Counted from the whole stretch's first letter, positions 1-12,782 are shown. The stretch: 63,486 bases of DNA, filler included, from Choristocarpus tenellus KU-1152 (GCA_964200185.2; 9 parts of 9 records of this genome joined end to end with filler, not necessarily neighbours in it), one strand, 5' to 3'. Notes: a model not told the origin generated them from the sequence alone. Numbers and translations are program-made.

Positions 1-69
1 CCAAAAATCGCGACAAGAAAAATTGACCCCAAGTGGACAGCCGCCACCCCCTCCCAGATACTTTGAGTC
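1..69 (-). mobile_element. MITE family B, partial copy at window/contig start
   Basis: The reverse complement reads GACTCAAAGTATCTGGGAGGGGGTGGCGGCTGTCCACTTGGGGTCAATTTTT, matching the left arm of the copies at 10949 and 53504. Confidence 0.8.
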
Positions 70-694
70 TACAGGTCACACGTCCAGCTCCCCAAAAAAG
101 GACTCCTAGCAGTAGCTATATGTCCCTGAATCGAACCCTGTTCACAGACACAGCGAAATTGCAGACCGTGCATAAAATATTTAGTAAACTTCTTAACCTG
201 GAAATGTCGGGATAAGAACCCATCTAGTTCTACCAAGATCGACATTAGATATCCCGACCTAGGGTGGGTGCACAGTCTGTTCATATCACTGAGCACAGAA
301 CCAATCAGGGCCAAGTCCAATGAAATCCTTCTCCCTAATCCTAACCTTGATGCATTATTAAACTTGACCTCCAGCTTTGTTAAGGCTGGACAGGTGGGGC
401 TGCCCTCAGTCATACCCACACTACGAACATTTCATTTACTCGGAAACCTTGTATACTGATTATGAAGGTGGAGTAACTCTTCTCTTGGTATCGAGGCAGG
501 GTAGTTAGAAGCTATTTAAGAATATTGAGTCTCTTTTGAGGTTTTACCTAGTCCTGGAAGTGGTGGCAGACTGCAAAGTACCCCCAGGTGCTCCAGAGCA
601 GGCAACAAGAAATTTGTAGCAGGAGGGGCAAGAGCATTTAGAAAGGGCAGGGAAAGTTGGTGTCTAGAGGTAACAGTTTGTATTATTACCATTT

Positions 695-952
695 GAGCCA
701 AAGTATCTTAGAGGGTAGAGCCGCGTCCATTTGGGGGTCAAAATCCTATGTTGTGATTTCGAAGAAATTTTGGCTATCGTGTTTGTTAGGAAGTGTCATT
801 AACCTTGCTCTGGAAATACCTTTTCAGAACGTATAAATTTTACCTACTCCGAAACATTTTGAAGTAGGAAAATGTCATAAAAACCCCGAGGGAAGCCAAG
901 CCCCAAATGGACAAACAGGGCAAAACTCGTACCCTCTAAGGTACTTTCACTC
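695..952 (+). mobile_element. MITE family A (~258 bp, Sola-like), full copy with 4-bp TSD
   Basis: TIRs GAGCCAAAGTATCTTAGAGGGTA ... TACCCTCTAAGGTACTTTCACTC, flanked by ATTT at 691-694 and 953-956. Six other related copies are in the window. Confidence 0.9.
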
Positions 953-1489
953 ATTTGGGGATTACTGTCACCAACCCTGCTCGTCTAGTCCTAGTTGGGT
1001 TTCCGTGCGACTGGAAAGAGGTTTGGGGTGGTGAATATGGGGTAGGCCAGGATCTAGACCCACTTGGCGGCGTTAAAATGTCTGTTCTCCGTCTCCATAT
1101 CAATCCTATTGAGGTGTGTGCCTAGCATGACGGGAATTGTTGGGGTACCTAAAGCGTAATTGGATACTAGTAGATTCTTGGGGAAGCTCTGCAGCAGAGT
1201 CCTTGGTACTGTATCTATATTACAAATAAAGTAAGCCCCGCCAGGAGTAGATGAGGTTCGAAGGTGAATAAATCTGGAATATAGACTGTACGCAAACCTT
1301 GACTCTAACGTCCAAGTCAGGTTTGGGATAATAGTAGAGTTATGAATTAGCACCAACTATACCTGGCTGCATCCGTTTAATCGCAATAATCCGACAACCA
1401 AATACTTAAAAAGACGATCATTTGGTTATTCCGGGGCTCATCCACATATGCAGATGCCTCTGAAAGTTCTTGTCCGTATAACATATGTA

Positions 1490-2280
1490 CTACCTCTGCA
1501 TCATAAGTTTGAGCTGCGAAACACCTGGGTTCGCCTAGCGAGAACGGAACTGAATCGGACGATAACCTCACGGAATGAAATCGGATTGACAATCTCAGCT
1601 TTCGAAAACGGTGGGGGTCGAGGATCATCAGGTACAAACTCGAGGTGCTTCAAGCCGTCAAAGTAGGGGTCTTTTGGGGTGATTTTGAGGCCAGAGCTGG
1701 GCATCTCGAGGGTCAGAACGTCGGCATGGCAACCCCCCTGTCGACCCCCCCGTGTCGGAAGGGTGCCCAAGTGTCCCTGAATATCAGGATTGCGCTTGCA
1801 GTGCGACACGCCCTCGCGATGGTCCCTAACGAGGATACACTGCTACGACACATTGGGCCGACCCTCGCACCAGAGTTTGGAGTGTCCGAGCGTCACATGC
1901 GAGGGCTCTGGGAGGACATCGCCGATCAGCTCGCCCATGGCCACACGCTTGGCCTAGGTGTGGCAGCACGTAGTGGGCGGCCTTCGGAGCTCATACCGAC
2001 CAAGATGGCCGCAATACATAGTATCAACTCCGATAATCGGTCATCCACAGTGTGTCAGGTGACAATGAAGATGGCCGCCAAGGAGCTGATTTATAGTACG
2101 AGCACCATAAACAGGTGGTTGGAATATATGGCACGAATGCCGAATCGCCGCTGGATTAAACCCAAGCTTAAGTCGTGGCAAAAGTTATGGAGAATAGACT
2201 TTGTTTGGAATCAAGTGGAGCGGAAACGTGGTGTGTACGCCTCCATAGCGAACATGATCCATGTAGAAATTGAAGTCTAG
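1490..2280 (+). mobile_element. Tc1/mariner (DD39D, plant/oomycete-type) transposon relic, 5' part
   Basis: TA followed by CTACCTCTG at 1488-1498 resembles a Stowaway/DD39D terminus. ORF 1645-2280 has an HTH-like LAPEFGVSERHMRGLW, an SGRP linker, STINRWL, and WIKPKLKSWQKLWRIDFV...NMIHVE. The last matches the 'IKP.L...K..R..F...VH.DEKWF' region, and the ORF breaks off at the first catalytic Asp position. Confidence 0.75.
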
Positions 2281-2289
2281 GATACAATA

Positions 2290-2571
2290 TTCAAGAGTGG
2301 TAAAATATAAATTAGGAGGCACGGTCATGATGTGACCGGGCCAAGTGTAAAAATATTGCTCGACTGGCCATAGATAAATTGTTCTGGAATGGCCGAGTCG
2401 ATGACCATTGCCCATGCAACATGATCGAGGCAGCTGGCCAGCCATGTACAACCAAGTTCAAACATGGTCAAGTCCATGGCCGTTGACTGTTTTAACATGG
2501 CCGGGCCACAGCCCGGTGGCCATGTAGCCAACGGTGGACATGCTAACTGCCCGCCCTGATGAAAAGCCCTG
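2290..2571. mobile_element. Non-autonomous element end (family C, terminus ...GATGAAAAGCCCTG), apparently interrupting the mariner relic
   Basis: The terminus at 2557-2571 is the reverse complement of CAGGGCTTTTCATC at 18029. The internal CCATGGC(C/T)GTT(G/A)AC stretch also resembles ~18487-18500. The left boundary is approximate. Confidence 0.45.
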
Positions 2572-3767
2572 GAAAATAGGTCTTATCCACTCCTCCTGTG
2601 ATTAATTTTGTAGAGGGAAGGTGTTCCCGTGTTCCAGGTGGCAAGTCCGACCTGACCAAGTGTGATGTCTAAGAAGTGACAAGCGAGTTCCTCGTGCAGT
2701 TGGACCTGGCTTTGGCTTGGTGCACCCCGTTTTACACCCGATGGATGCCGCCAGAAAATCAAATAGAGTTACTGAGCCATTGTTGCTGGCACCGAATCGT
2801 GACTCCAAAGCTAAATAGGCATAGACGTCACAGGGTTGTTAATGGTTGGTTCGTCATGCAGACAGGGTGAGCTACACCAGTTTGTTTCTAAGCAATAATT
2901 GCTGCGCAATAATCTTCTCTTCTTGTCGACACAATGTGTTGTATTATTTTGAGTTCCACAATCGGAAACATTCAGAGAATTTTACAAAACAACATTCTAC
3001 ATAGAATATTTTTGTGTAGATTTCTTTCGCTTCAGGAGATCATGACACTGTTTGTCTTGGTTCCTATCAATTGCGTTTGAAACAAAACCTGTCCACCACA
3101 ACATGTTCAAATAGACTCCTCCAGCTGTAACGGATATCACTAGGCGTGTACATGCAAAGTCAGAAATACAAGAGCTATTAGTTGGTTAACCCATATTTGT
3201 TCTTGTATATGAATGGATGGATAAGATTTGACTTTATTTAAGCATGTTTTGAGGTTATATGGGTCGCCCTCTCTGCTTGGGAATAATCTCTCTACAACAT
3301 TTAGTAATATTCCTGTATCTCTTCTATTCATACATGAGCCGGGGGGTACTTTAACACGATAAATCGAACTCTAGGTTTCTACTCCTTGCCATATCGTATC
3401 TTCCCTAGGAGAAGAGACACCAGTCCATGGTAGGGGCCAAAGTGAGACTGCCCTTGCTGAAGATCGTTATCAACAACTCTCTTCTACTACGGAGGACCTT
3501 TATCAGACGAGATATGTAAACTGAAGAAAGAGAAGGATCGTCTTTTGCAGATGAATGTCAATAGAGTCGGGGGTGGGGATCATCCCGCTGTCCAAGCTAC
3601 TGCGCCCAGCACACGACCGCTGGCTGGCTTTGTACAAGTTGTTGGAAGTTAGGCCTGTTGAACCTGTTGTGGGTGAAGATTTCCGAAATGGTGACAGTTC
3701 GGATGAACTCGGCGTTCGGAGTGATATCAGCCCGAGATCAGGTTCTTTGCCAATATCAGGGTCTGGA

Positions 3768-3867
3768 ACTTCCTAACAAACATGATAGCCGAAATTGCAT
3801 CAAAATCGCAAAATTGGATTTTGAACGCCAAAAGGACGCGACTCTACCCTCCAAGATCCTTTGACTC
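3768..3867 (-). mobile_element. MITE family A, partial copy
   Basis: CTTCCTAACAAACATGATAGCC...TCTACCCTCCAAGATCCTTTGACTC aligns to the right third of 3987-4247. Confidence 0.8.
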
Positions 3868-3986
3868 CTTTTGCACCTGAGTCTACTGCAGCTTCGTAAG
3901 AAAAGAGCTTGAAATCCAAGATTTGGGACATGGCGACATTTTGAAGTAGTATCTCCACTTTCTTATTGTCACACAAGGAAAACAAG

Positions 3987-4247
3987 GAGTGAAAGTATCT
4001 TAGAGGGTACGAGTTTTGCCCTGTTTGTCCATTTGAGGCTTGGCCTCCTTTGGGGTTTTTACGACATTTTCCTACTACTCCATAATATTTCGGAGTAGGT
4101 AAAATGTAAACGATATGAAAAGGTGGGCCCGGAACAAGGATATTGACACTTTCTAACAAACACGATAGCCAAAATTACATCAGAATCGCAACATTGGATT
4201 TTGGCCCCCAAATGGACACAGCTCTACCCTCTAAGATACTTTGGCTC
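3987..4247 (-). mobile_element. MITE family A, full-length copy
   Basis: GAGTGAAAGTATCTTAGAGGGTAC ... CTCTACCCTCTAAGATACTTTGGCTC; no TSD preserved. Confidence 0.9.
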
Positions 4248-4350
4248 GGAGTCTTCATTCGCAAACGGAAACAGATGTTGAAAATGGAGGGCAATGACGG
4301 CGACATGTTGCCACTGTACACTCGTTGCAAAATTAACGCTGGACACATAC

Positions 4351-5110
4351 CTCTCGATGTTCTGACAGCTCCTTATCGATGGCCTCGAGGACGGTGGAGT
4401 CGTTCGTGGGTTTTACACCAGGCACATCGTGACGCTTCTCTCTTAAGGTGACACATATGTCACATTTCATAAACTCGCCTCCTACCCTCACCCTGATGTT
4501 GGGCCTCTCATTTCTGAGCAACCGGAGGAAGTGCGCCTTGCTTACCCGCTTGGAAGGGTCGTCAGGATACACTCGTATTGCCTCTTTGAAAAAATCCTCG
4601 TATAGCTCCTAATTAAAAATGTTGGTTGTGTGGGAAAGTGATGAGTTATTGAAAAGGAACACTCGAAGAACACCCCTGGAAGACCTGACCAATAACTTGA
4701 CCCTACAAATGTCAGACCGGGGCCGGGGCCACATAGTATGTGTACACGGCGTCGAAATAACAGTTACTGTGCCTTCCTCCGTAAAAGCGACGAAGAGTAT
4801 CATCATCATCATTGTATCCTAGACATAGCAAACGAAAAAATAGCCCTTGGTACGAATCTTCACATGTTATTTCAACCTTAATATCAGACCGGTCCAAGTA
4901 ATGAACATCCTCCAACCCAGGATGCGGCCAACCTCTCCACCACCAAGGGCAAAACCTACCTCTTTGCTCGCGGCGTAGATCACAATTGTGGGCTTGTGAG
5001 GCATGAACTGCCCGTATGTATCAGCCCAGTAGTCTATCCAGGACATCACTAGGTATCACTTCGGACCCATGTCCTTATCTTCCCTCGTGCCATTCCTATA
5101 GTAGTACCGC
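4351..5110 (-). pseudogene. Spliced DNA-transposon (Sola-like) transposase relic, N-terminal/Zn-finger region
   Basis: Exon ~5110-4960 (..GPK*YLVMSWIDYWADTYGQFMPHKPTIVIYAASKE) ends at GAG|GTAGGT. A phase-0 intron spans 4959-4609 and ends TTAATTAG. Exon 4608-4351 (ELYEDFFKEAIRVYPDDPSKRVSKAHFLRLLRNERPNIRVRVGGEFMKCDICVTLREK...ELSEHRE) ends at GAG|GTATGT. 'G..MP', 'S...F...R...P.I', F-x-K-C-D-x-C and a downstream His resemble Sola-type transposase N-termini. There is one in-frame TGA, and no catalytic domain is visible. Confidence 0.55.
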
Positions 5111-5391
5111 ACGTATGTATACAAATGGATGGGAGATGTGTTAGAGGTGGATGTGGGGGACAGGGGATGGAATTCTAGAAGGATCGTATGCCAGCAGCGG
5201 AACTCTAATTCTTTAGATATTTACGCGTGGTGACAGCTGCAGCAGCGCGGGGACGGCCGGATGATATGATATTGTTGAAGCATAAAAAAACATATCGCAC
5301 GTGTACATACACACATAGGTAACACATTACTCCACGCTGGAGGCATCTCTAACTTGTATATCAGACATCTAGGCATGGTAACTGCAAAGTG

Positions 5392-5491
5392 NNNNNNNNN
5401 NNNNNNNNNNNNNNNNNNNNNNNNNNNNNNNNNNNTTAATTAATTAANNNNNNNNNNNNNNNNNNNNNNNNNNNNNNNNNNNNNNNNNNNN
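5392..5491. other. Artificial contig-joining spacer (N44-TTAATTAATTAA-N44); eight occurrences
   Basis: The identical 100-nt block, with a six-frame stop linker, occurs at 5392-5491, 9646-9745, 12783-12882, 30050-30149, 49063-49162, 53563-53662, 56871-56970 and 60404-60503. Separate 10-N gaps lie at 17887-17896 and 41860-41869. Confidence 0.98.
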
Positions 5492-5766
5492 TAAACATCA
5501 TTAGTATGTAACTGCAGGTTGTTGCAAAGATATTACCACCTCCCATAATAACTACTTGAAGTTTCTGCAGCTGCTTGATGTCTGTGCCACGCATGGGCAT
5601 TACTGTGGAGCAGTAGTGCAAACCTTTGAAAAAATGAAAGGAATATAGCCAACAAGGTGCTCTTGAACACTTTGAAGTAGCAATTTGATAGCAACGACAA
5701 CAATTAAGACACCAATGTTTCATACATAAACAATTCTAACCATTCGAAACACCGCATCGTTCTTTT

Positions 5767-6024
5767 GAGCCAAATTATCTTAGAGGGTAGAGCCGTGTCC
5801 AATTGGGGTCAAAATCCAATGTTGCGATTTTGATGCAATTTTGACTATCACGTTTGTTAGGAAATGTCAATATCTATGTTTTGGACACACCTTTTCATAA
5901 CATATACACTTTACCTCCTCCTAAACATTTTAGACTAGAAAAATGCCATAAAAGAACCAATGGAAAGTCGAGCCCCAAATGGACAAAGAGGGAAAAATTC
6001 GTACCCTCTAAGATACGTTCACTC
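5767..6024 (+). mobile_element. MITE family A, full-length copy
   Basis: GAGCCAAATTATCTTAGAGGGTAG ... GTACCCTCTAAGATACGTTCACTC, 258 bp; flanks TTTT/TCTT (3 of 4 match). Confidence 0.9.
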
Positions 6025-9000
6025 TCTTGTTACAAAACTCAACCAAGACTTCTGGACTGGAGGTGGTAGTACTTCAATATCAAGAGATTTTATTGACTGA
6101 GGTTCTGAGTCCAACTGTACCAACGGTCACACATTCTGTTTGAAGGCATAGTGCTGATTCATACAGATAATGTAAGGAAACTCCACAAACTTCAAGGCTT
6201 GGAATCCAAACTGACCAAGTTCCAAGATATTTCTGACAGTCGCAAGTTTGTGGTGTGATTACACACTCCACAAATAGCACAAAAACAGCAACAGTACTTA
6301 AAAATAACACTAGAATGCACATGAACTAGAGCTACCTGGGTATATAAAAAAGGCAACTACCAAAAAGGCCAGACTAAACAAAAATCGACAGAGGGTGATA
6401 AATTACACATCAGAGGCCCACACATGTCAACCTCAGTACGCTTGGCTTATGTATCTCAACAATACTCAATGCTGCTGTTTGAGTGATCAATATTAGCATC
6501 CTCCTCTTCAGTGCCTGAATCCTGCTCCAGGTTGCTAGAATAATACAATAATGACTGAAGCAGCCTGGTGTGCCAAGCCCTCGGCCAACCAAGGATTGGG
6601 AATACATAATATATTATTATTCTTGTTTTACCTCAACATGAAATTAGATGGAAAGTGATTCAGTAAACTTGAAGAATTTCCTCATTCGCCCAACCCTCCA
6701 AAAAGGGTATTGCCTTGGCCACAAAGAACTTAATAGACACACACTCATCTCAGCTGATCCTCTTGCTTCTTGTGCACTCTCACAAAGTCATTGTCACTCA
6801 AGTGCTTCAGCTCAGTCCTACACTGTGCAAAGAGGCTCTGCCAGAATTCCATGCCTCTCAGTGTCACATCTTTCAGTAATCACCAACGTTGTCTACATAA
6901 ACTCAACATGACGTGGTCTGCACTGAGAAGAAGAATCCTAGATCAAGGGTTTGAAAAATTGGGAACTGGGCAAGTTGGTGGTGCTTCCCCAGGGATGAGG
7001 TAAACCATAAAAACAGTTGAGACCAGATGAACCAAGTCAAACATGTCGTCCAAGACATGGCCAATGCCATTATACAAGATGCGGTTCATCATCAAGACCA
7101 CCCTATCAAACAAGAGGGCAGAAATGGAGACGGGATGACTTGCGGCATGATCTCAACCCCAATTCGATAGTAAACCTCCTCATCCTCTGTTTGGTGACGT
7201 TGGCATTCCGGGGTTACCTCCTCTCATCCATCCAAGCACTGGGACGGCTTCAGTTGTTACATGCTCCACTTGAAAGAGTTGCCTTGCCCATCCCTTGCAA
7301 AAAAAGGCTATGCCCATATCCAGTCCATTATCCAGGCGCTCTTATGCCACATTTACCAATGGTTCCAATGCCGTTGGGGCTATTCGAGACTTGAACATTA
7401 TTTGTGCCCAGGAACTTGCTCAGCCAAAAATATAGTCAACAGCAGCTGCCGGATTGTGAGGGGTTATCTCATTTGCCTATCTTATTCTGCTAAGATTCAT
7501 GTCTATTAGAGTAACTTATCCAGAATTTGAAATTCCAATTTCTTGCAATTACACTCCTCAATAACAGGGCAACATATTACTATTGCACATTTTGAACCAT
7601 TCTAGGTCTGATTCTTACTCCCAACAACAAGGTGCTGTATCTTCACCAGAAATCTTCACCAGAAAAATAAACATCGCACTTATTTGAATGCTGAAGCTTT
7701 GACCTTCAACATGACCATGACCAAAAAAGTCACAACTTTCTCAATAAGAACATAACATGCTATAAAACCTGTTTAGATACTCTCACAAACCAAAAAAAAG
7801 TATCTTGTTACAACCTTTTGGCCAGAATTGATCACCTTGATTATGGCCTCAATAACTACATCCTCCTTGCATCAAGGACGTCAGGTAACAGCTGACAAAG
7901 CGGCAACGGTATATTGCTGGGCCTTGCCTGCTAGGCAGGTCTCCATCTTACATGTAAAGTCCCAATGCATATGGCTCATCCTCAATAAAGGTACAGGAAA
8001 TATTATGTGCGGTCCACACCTCCACAAAAACACATCAACACTAAAGCTACAAGTCAACTGAAAATCTCCAAGCCCCGAGCCCAATGGGACAAAAAGCAAC
8101 ACGCTTGTTCTGCAGTCTTTTCTTCAATATATACATGGATTGATTAGGTACATTGTTCACCAAGTCCGATTGATACAGCATTAGTTGGGTTTTTTTAGAA
8201 CATACTTGAACACAGTTAAAACGAGAACAGACAATTGTGACCATAGATGAACTACAGGGTCATCATCAACAAAGGCAATAGAGTGAGAGAAAGTCTAGTT
8301 TTGCAATAAAGGCATGGATCAGGCCTGTGCGCAATGGGTCTATGGCATAGGGCAGTATTTCAACTGTCTGGGATCATTCCTTCATATGAGTTGTCATAGG
8401 GGAGAAACAAGGAGACTATGAGTTATAGCAAGGTCATTCCTCCAACATATGTCAACCTACAACTAAAACAGTATAGGGAGAGATCACACCATTTGTATAC
8501 CTGCACTGCTAGGGCTCTAGACCTTCAGAGCACCGCGTGAGCAGTCTATGAATGGATCATAAATCACAGGGGCCATGAGCCTCATTTTCCTCGTGTACAA
8601 GCGACCATATAAATATATTAGGATATCAACCTTTCCATGTTGTAGTCACAGATGGCATACAACGTATAAGCTCACCAATTGAAATGGAGTCAAGGCTAAG
8701 AGTAGTCCATACTTGAAATCCTTGGCTCATATTATATCCATCATGACATATGAGGTCCGCATAAGTCTCACAAAGTGACCAATTTGATTTGGCCTGTGAC
8801 AAAGTCAGTTCCACCGTTTTGTTCACAAAGCAAACAAAATTATAAAACTCCACGATCAAGCACTCCACCCATTCTACATGGCGCATGTACTTTTCTAGCT
8901 TCTACTACGAAGAACATTGCAAGAAAACGTTTTGCAGTCCACACCTTCACCATTATGTGCATTTCAAGGGTTGCTACCAATAGCACTTGCTAAGCCACTT

Positions 9001-9558
9001 GATTCTAACATCCAACTGCTCACATGTTCAAGTGTTTGAACTTTTCAACCAAACGTTCTAGCTCTATTACATACTCCATCAGCATCTTCCAAATTATAAA
9101 ATTGATATTTCAACTAAAAAAAAATGAGCCTGTAGAAAAACTACTGAACACTATGCAGAAGCAGATTAGATTATGGAACATATCCGCAGCTTGCTTCTGT
9201 CTGTAGGTTAGCGAACGTTCGGTGTGGTTGTACACCATTGGTTTGAGATATTGGCATTGAATTAGTATTTCACATGTCCGTATGACCTCTAACCCCCAAG
9301 TGGCACCAAGTAGATGTCTAATTGGAAACGCGATATCAATATTTATAGAAAACGGCAAATTCTTCGATATACGAACTTCCAAAAGTTCACATTCCTGTAC
9401 TAGTTATGATATGATCATACAAATGTGTTTCAATACCTACACCAAAGCACAACAAGCATCAGATTCCCAATTCAATTCATATTGAAACATTTCCACAAAC
9501 AAATCGTTCTATACTTCAAGATGCAAAAAGCCACAAATAAAAAATATTCTGTCCACAC

Positions 9559-9645
9559 CTTTGTTTCTCCCATCGTATCCAGCAAAAATCTCAGCATTGA
9601 TGTATCTCCCTTCTCAGCAGCATACATCATACCTGATTTACCACA
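9559..9645 (-). CDS. Partial exon encoding an ankyrin-repeat-like motif (cut by contig end)
   Basis: Translates CGKSGMMYAAEKGDTSMLRFLLDTMGETK, resembling the ankyrin consensus G-x-T-x-L-M-x-A-A-x-x-G...LL, and ends at AAG|GTGTGG. No intact downstream exons were found. Confidence 0.4.
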
Positions 9646-10948
9646 NNNNNNNNNNNNNNNNNNNNNNNNNNNNNNNNNNNNNNNNNNNNTTAATTAATTA
9701 ANNNNNNNNNNNNNNNNNNNNNNNNNNNNNNNNNNNNNNNNNNNNCATTTAATATCTCTGTGCAAGCACCCTATTTGTTCCAGGGCCCATGCTGCAACTG
9801 ATGGCAGAAAATGAAACGAAAGTATGTTGAGTGTGGTTATGGGTTATGTGAGTATGCTCACTTTTTCGCTTTCTCTTCGTATGTCTTGGTTCCGTTCAGA
9901 ATGTCCGCCTGAAGTCTAGCCAAAAAGAGAATGTTTACGGAACAGGGAGGGACAAGGTGAAAATAGAAGAAGCAAGAAGCTCTTTTTCAAAGTCAGATAT
10001 CTTGCATACGTTCGTACTTCATTCTTTTTGCGAGGGTTGGCTAAAGACATAACACACACAGTTGGGGTGGAGATCTTTGGTCCTCACAGCATCGTAGATA
10101 TGCCCAAGGGAGTATTCTTTCTCTCGAGTATTTCCAGGAGATACAAAGGTAGTTCGTACAAGGATGGTCTCAAACACAGATTAGGCACAAGTCACAAGCC
10201 CCATGGGACTTCACTTGACTCACAGGAGTCAAATTGAAAAATGAAAATGCGTAACACAATTCCCTAGGTCCGTAGGACCTGTTTTGTGGCACAAGAGAAG
10301 TTGTGCAGTGATAGTCCATGTTGTATTTATATGTTTTAAAAGAGCTAGTTGCTATGGATTCTGAGCACTAGGTAGTAAGGATGAGATAGAACAAGTTGAA
10401 GCATTGGACATGTTGTATAATGAACAGCATCACGGCTAATGTAGTCTAGTGCTGAAGTTCTCCAAATTGTAGTTCTGCCAATACTTATATGATAATATTA
10501 TATTCTGTCATCATATGAAGCTCATTTATCATTTTTCCTTCCCACCCACTATCACATTAGCTCGATGTTCATAATCATATCTGTCACAGCGGACAGAAGA
10601 GGAAGGATCATGTGTGTCCCGAGTGTAGAATGTATGGTAAGGTGAATTTGTGAACCAAGTCAAGACGAGAGAGATGTGAGGTGGGGTGGGAAGGTCAGGG
10701 GGCGGCAATTGGTTTGCAGTTGCTATGACATTGATCTTGATCCAGAGTAGTTCAAGGAGTGTATACAGATTCTTTAGGAGTATACACTTAGGCGCGCGTG
10801 AGCAACCACCAAAAAGGTAACTCTCAAGAACATGTCAATGCATGGACCATGTGATGCCAGGGAATATCGATTTTGTGTACACTCTGGTGCATATATAGCA
10901 ATGAAATAGAGCGGCTACCTTGAAGTATACAACGCAGGGAAAATCTCT

Positions 10949-11122
10949 GGCTCCAAGTATCTGGGAGGGGGTGGCGACTTTCCATTTGGGGTCAATTTTT
11001 TCATGTTGCGCTTTTTGGGTGATGTGGTTGCATAGGTCAGATAGATAATGTATATACACTTTTCCTGATTTTGGTCCAAATGGACACCCTGGTGTAGACC
11101 CCCCCCCTTGATACTTTGGGTC
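10949..11122 (+). mobile_element. MITE family B (~174 bp), full copy
   Basis: TIRs GGCTCCAAGTATCTGGGAGGGGG ... CCCCCCCCCTTGATACTTTGGGTC, with inverted subterminal TCCATTTGG/CCAAATGGA motifs. Arms match the partial copies at 1, 12710, 53504, 56851 and 60376. Confidence 0.8.
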
Positions 11123-12709
11123 ATTCTGAGGGAGGAGATAGTTGGGTTCCAAAGTTCCACTGGAGCTCGACAGTGGGAGCATTGTTAGCATGGAGACGAG
11201 CCAGACCCGTGGCTTGATGCTTGGCAGAAGGTGGATCATCCCCTAAGTGGTCCTATCTTGGAGCAATGGGCAATTGTGCTGACGCAAGGGTATCATCGTT
11301 TTGTTTCTACAATACCATGAAGCTCAGGCAAGAGATAAATCAACCCTTGCAGCCCCCTTCAATCTCCCATTCAAAGTGTACTACTGTGGAATGGCTTTTG
11401 TGAGCGAAAGAGTTTCATCAAGAAAGAGAAAAGCACAAAACGAGAAGTTGTTGCAGCGAGTGTATCCTTGGCATTGCGGATATTAACCTTGGTGGTTACA
11501 CAACTAACATCTACAAGAGGGGCTAACTGCCACACAAGAGCAGCACACCCCAAGGCCATTGTTGTTGTTGATAATCCTTTCTCTGTTGTTCCCTTCTTCC
11601 TCCGCGGTATGCCAAATCCTCGGCCTTTTGGAATGTATTTGATTGATGTGACTGAATGGACCTGAAGGTAGCCGTTGAACCAAGAGTTGAACGCATGGCA
11701 TATCTGCACCTTGTGCACCGTACCGGTATACTATCATCCGCAGTACTTCCAGACAAATCTCGTGCAACCAATGAGCTTCCCAATCAGGCCTACAACGGGG
11801 CCTTGGAAGAGGAAGATGTAGCCACGGTTCTCAGATGACCGATCAATAGGATCAGGGTTGAGATCGCTCATGTTGAAACCTCACCTGTTGACACTTTCCA
11901 GGATCTTGTGCGCTCAAATAGTTCCCAATTCTACTTGAGAGAGGGAGAAATGAAGTAGGTAATGGTACGGGGAGTCACCTGACCAAGGGTGATACGGTAG
12001 GGCTTATGTATTTTATATACATTGGGTGGGAAAACACTGGGATCGCCTTTGGATGTGTATGACTGGAATGGGATGGCAACTACGTCTTCATGCAGCATCC
12101 TCGACATCTGGGAAGTATTAGGAACTATCTCTCTTGTTGTGTCGGATGTAAGAAGTACACACTATGCCACGTACTCCGGAGCATGATAGTGATTTTGCAA
12201 CAGCTCAGTAGTATACTCCATCCAATAGTAATTCTTACAAGAACACAAACCACAGGCTGCACTCTTGTGGTACTAAAGTTTGGGGTTGAGGGTATAATCA
12301 AGTACGCAAGGACGGCACGTTCAACAATCAAAATAGGGACTCCAGGACATGCAGGCCATATGATACCTTCCTCAGACTAAAGCTTTGATTGGATAAGTCC
12401 TTCTTCTGTAGGGTATTGACGAAGTTTGGCAGTGAAGCCACGACCTGAGGATTTGGGTCCAGGTCATGGGATAGTTGGTGAGCGGAACGGAGTTGGCCAG
12501 ACCCTGGGACAGTCGTGGAGAATACTTGTGAAGTGCTGTCAAGCCTGCTATACAGAAATGAATCGTAACTCGGGACAATCACATGATCTGGTGCAATAGG
12601 AATCAGTTGTACAGTCTGTCTCAATGAATGAATATTGTGTCCTTCCCCTGCTTGTACTCCTTCCCTTTGCTCCTGCACACACTAGAATGTAACCCCTGCC
12701 TCGCCTGGA

Positions 12710-12782
12710 GACCCAAAGCATCTGGGGGGGGGGGGGGGGGGGGTCTACAGCCAGGGGATCTTATGTACAAAAACAAAAAAAA
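12710..12782 (-). mobile_element. MITE family B, partial copy at contig end
   Basis: GACCCAAAGCATCT-G(n)-TCTACAGCCAGGGG matches the reverse complement of ~11085-11122. Confidence 0.7.

Noticed and set aside
3800-4451. Similar short ORFs recurring at 3800, 5854, 42235 and 59737 (e.g. GQTGQNSYPLRYFHS)
   Set aside because: Chance translations of MITE family A, not a protein family.
5436-5447. TTAATTAATTAA palindrome recurring eight times
   Set aside because: Artificial six-frame stop linker within fixed N padding. ORFs containing X or ending in 'LIN' are artefacts.
11200-12700. Cluster of overlapping short ORFs, considered as LTR pol fragments
   Set aside because: No recognisable RT, integrase or protease motifs in the frames I read; left unannotated.
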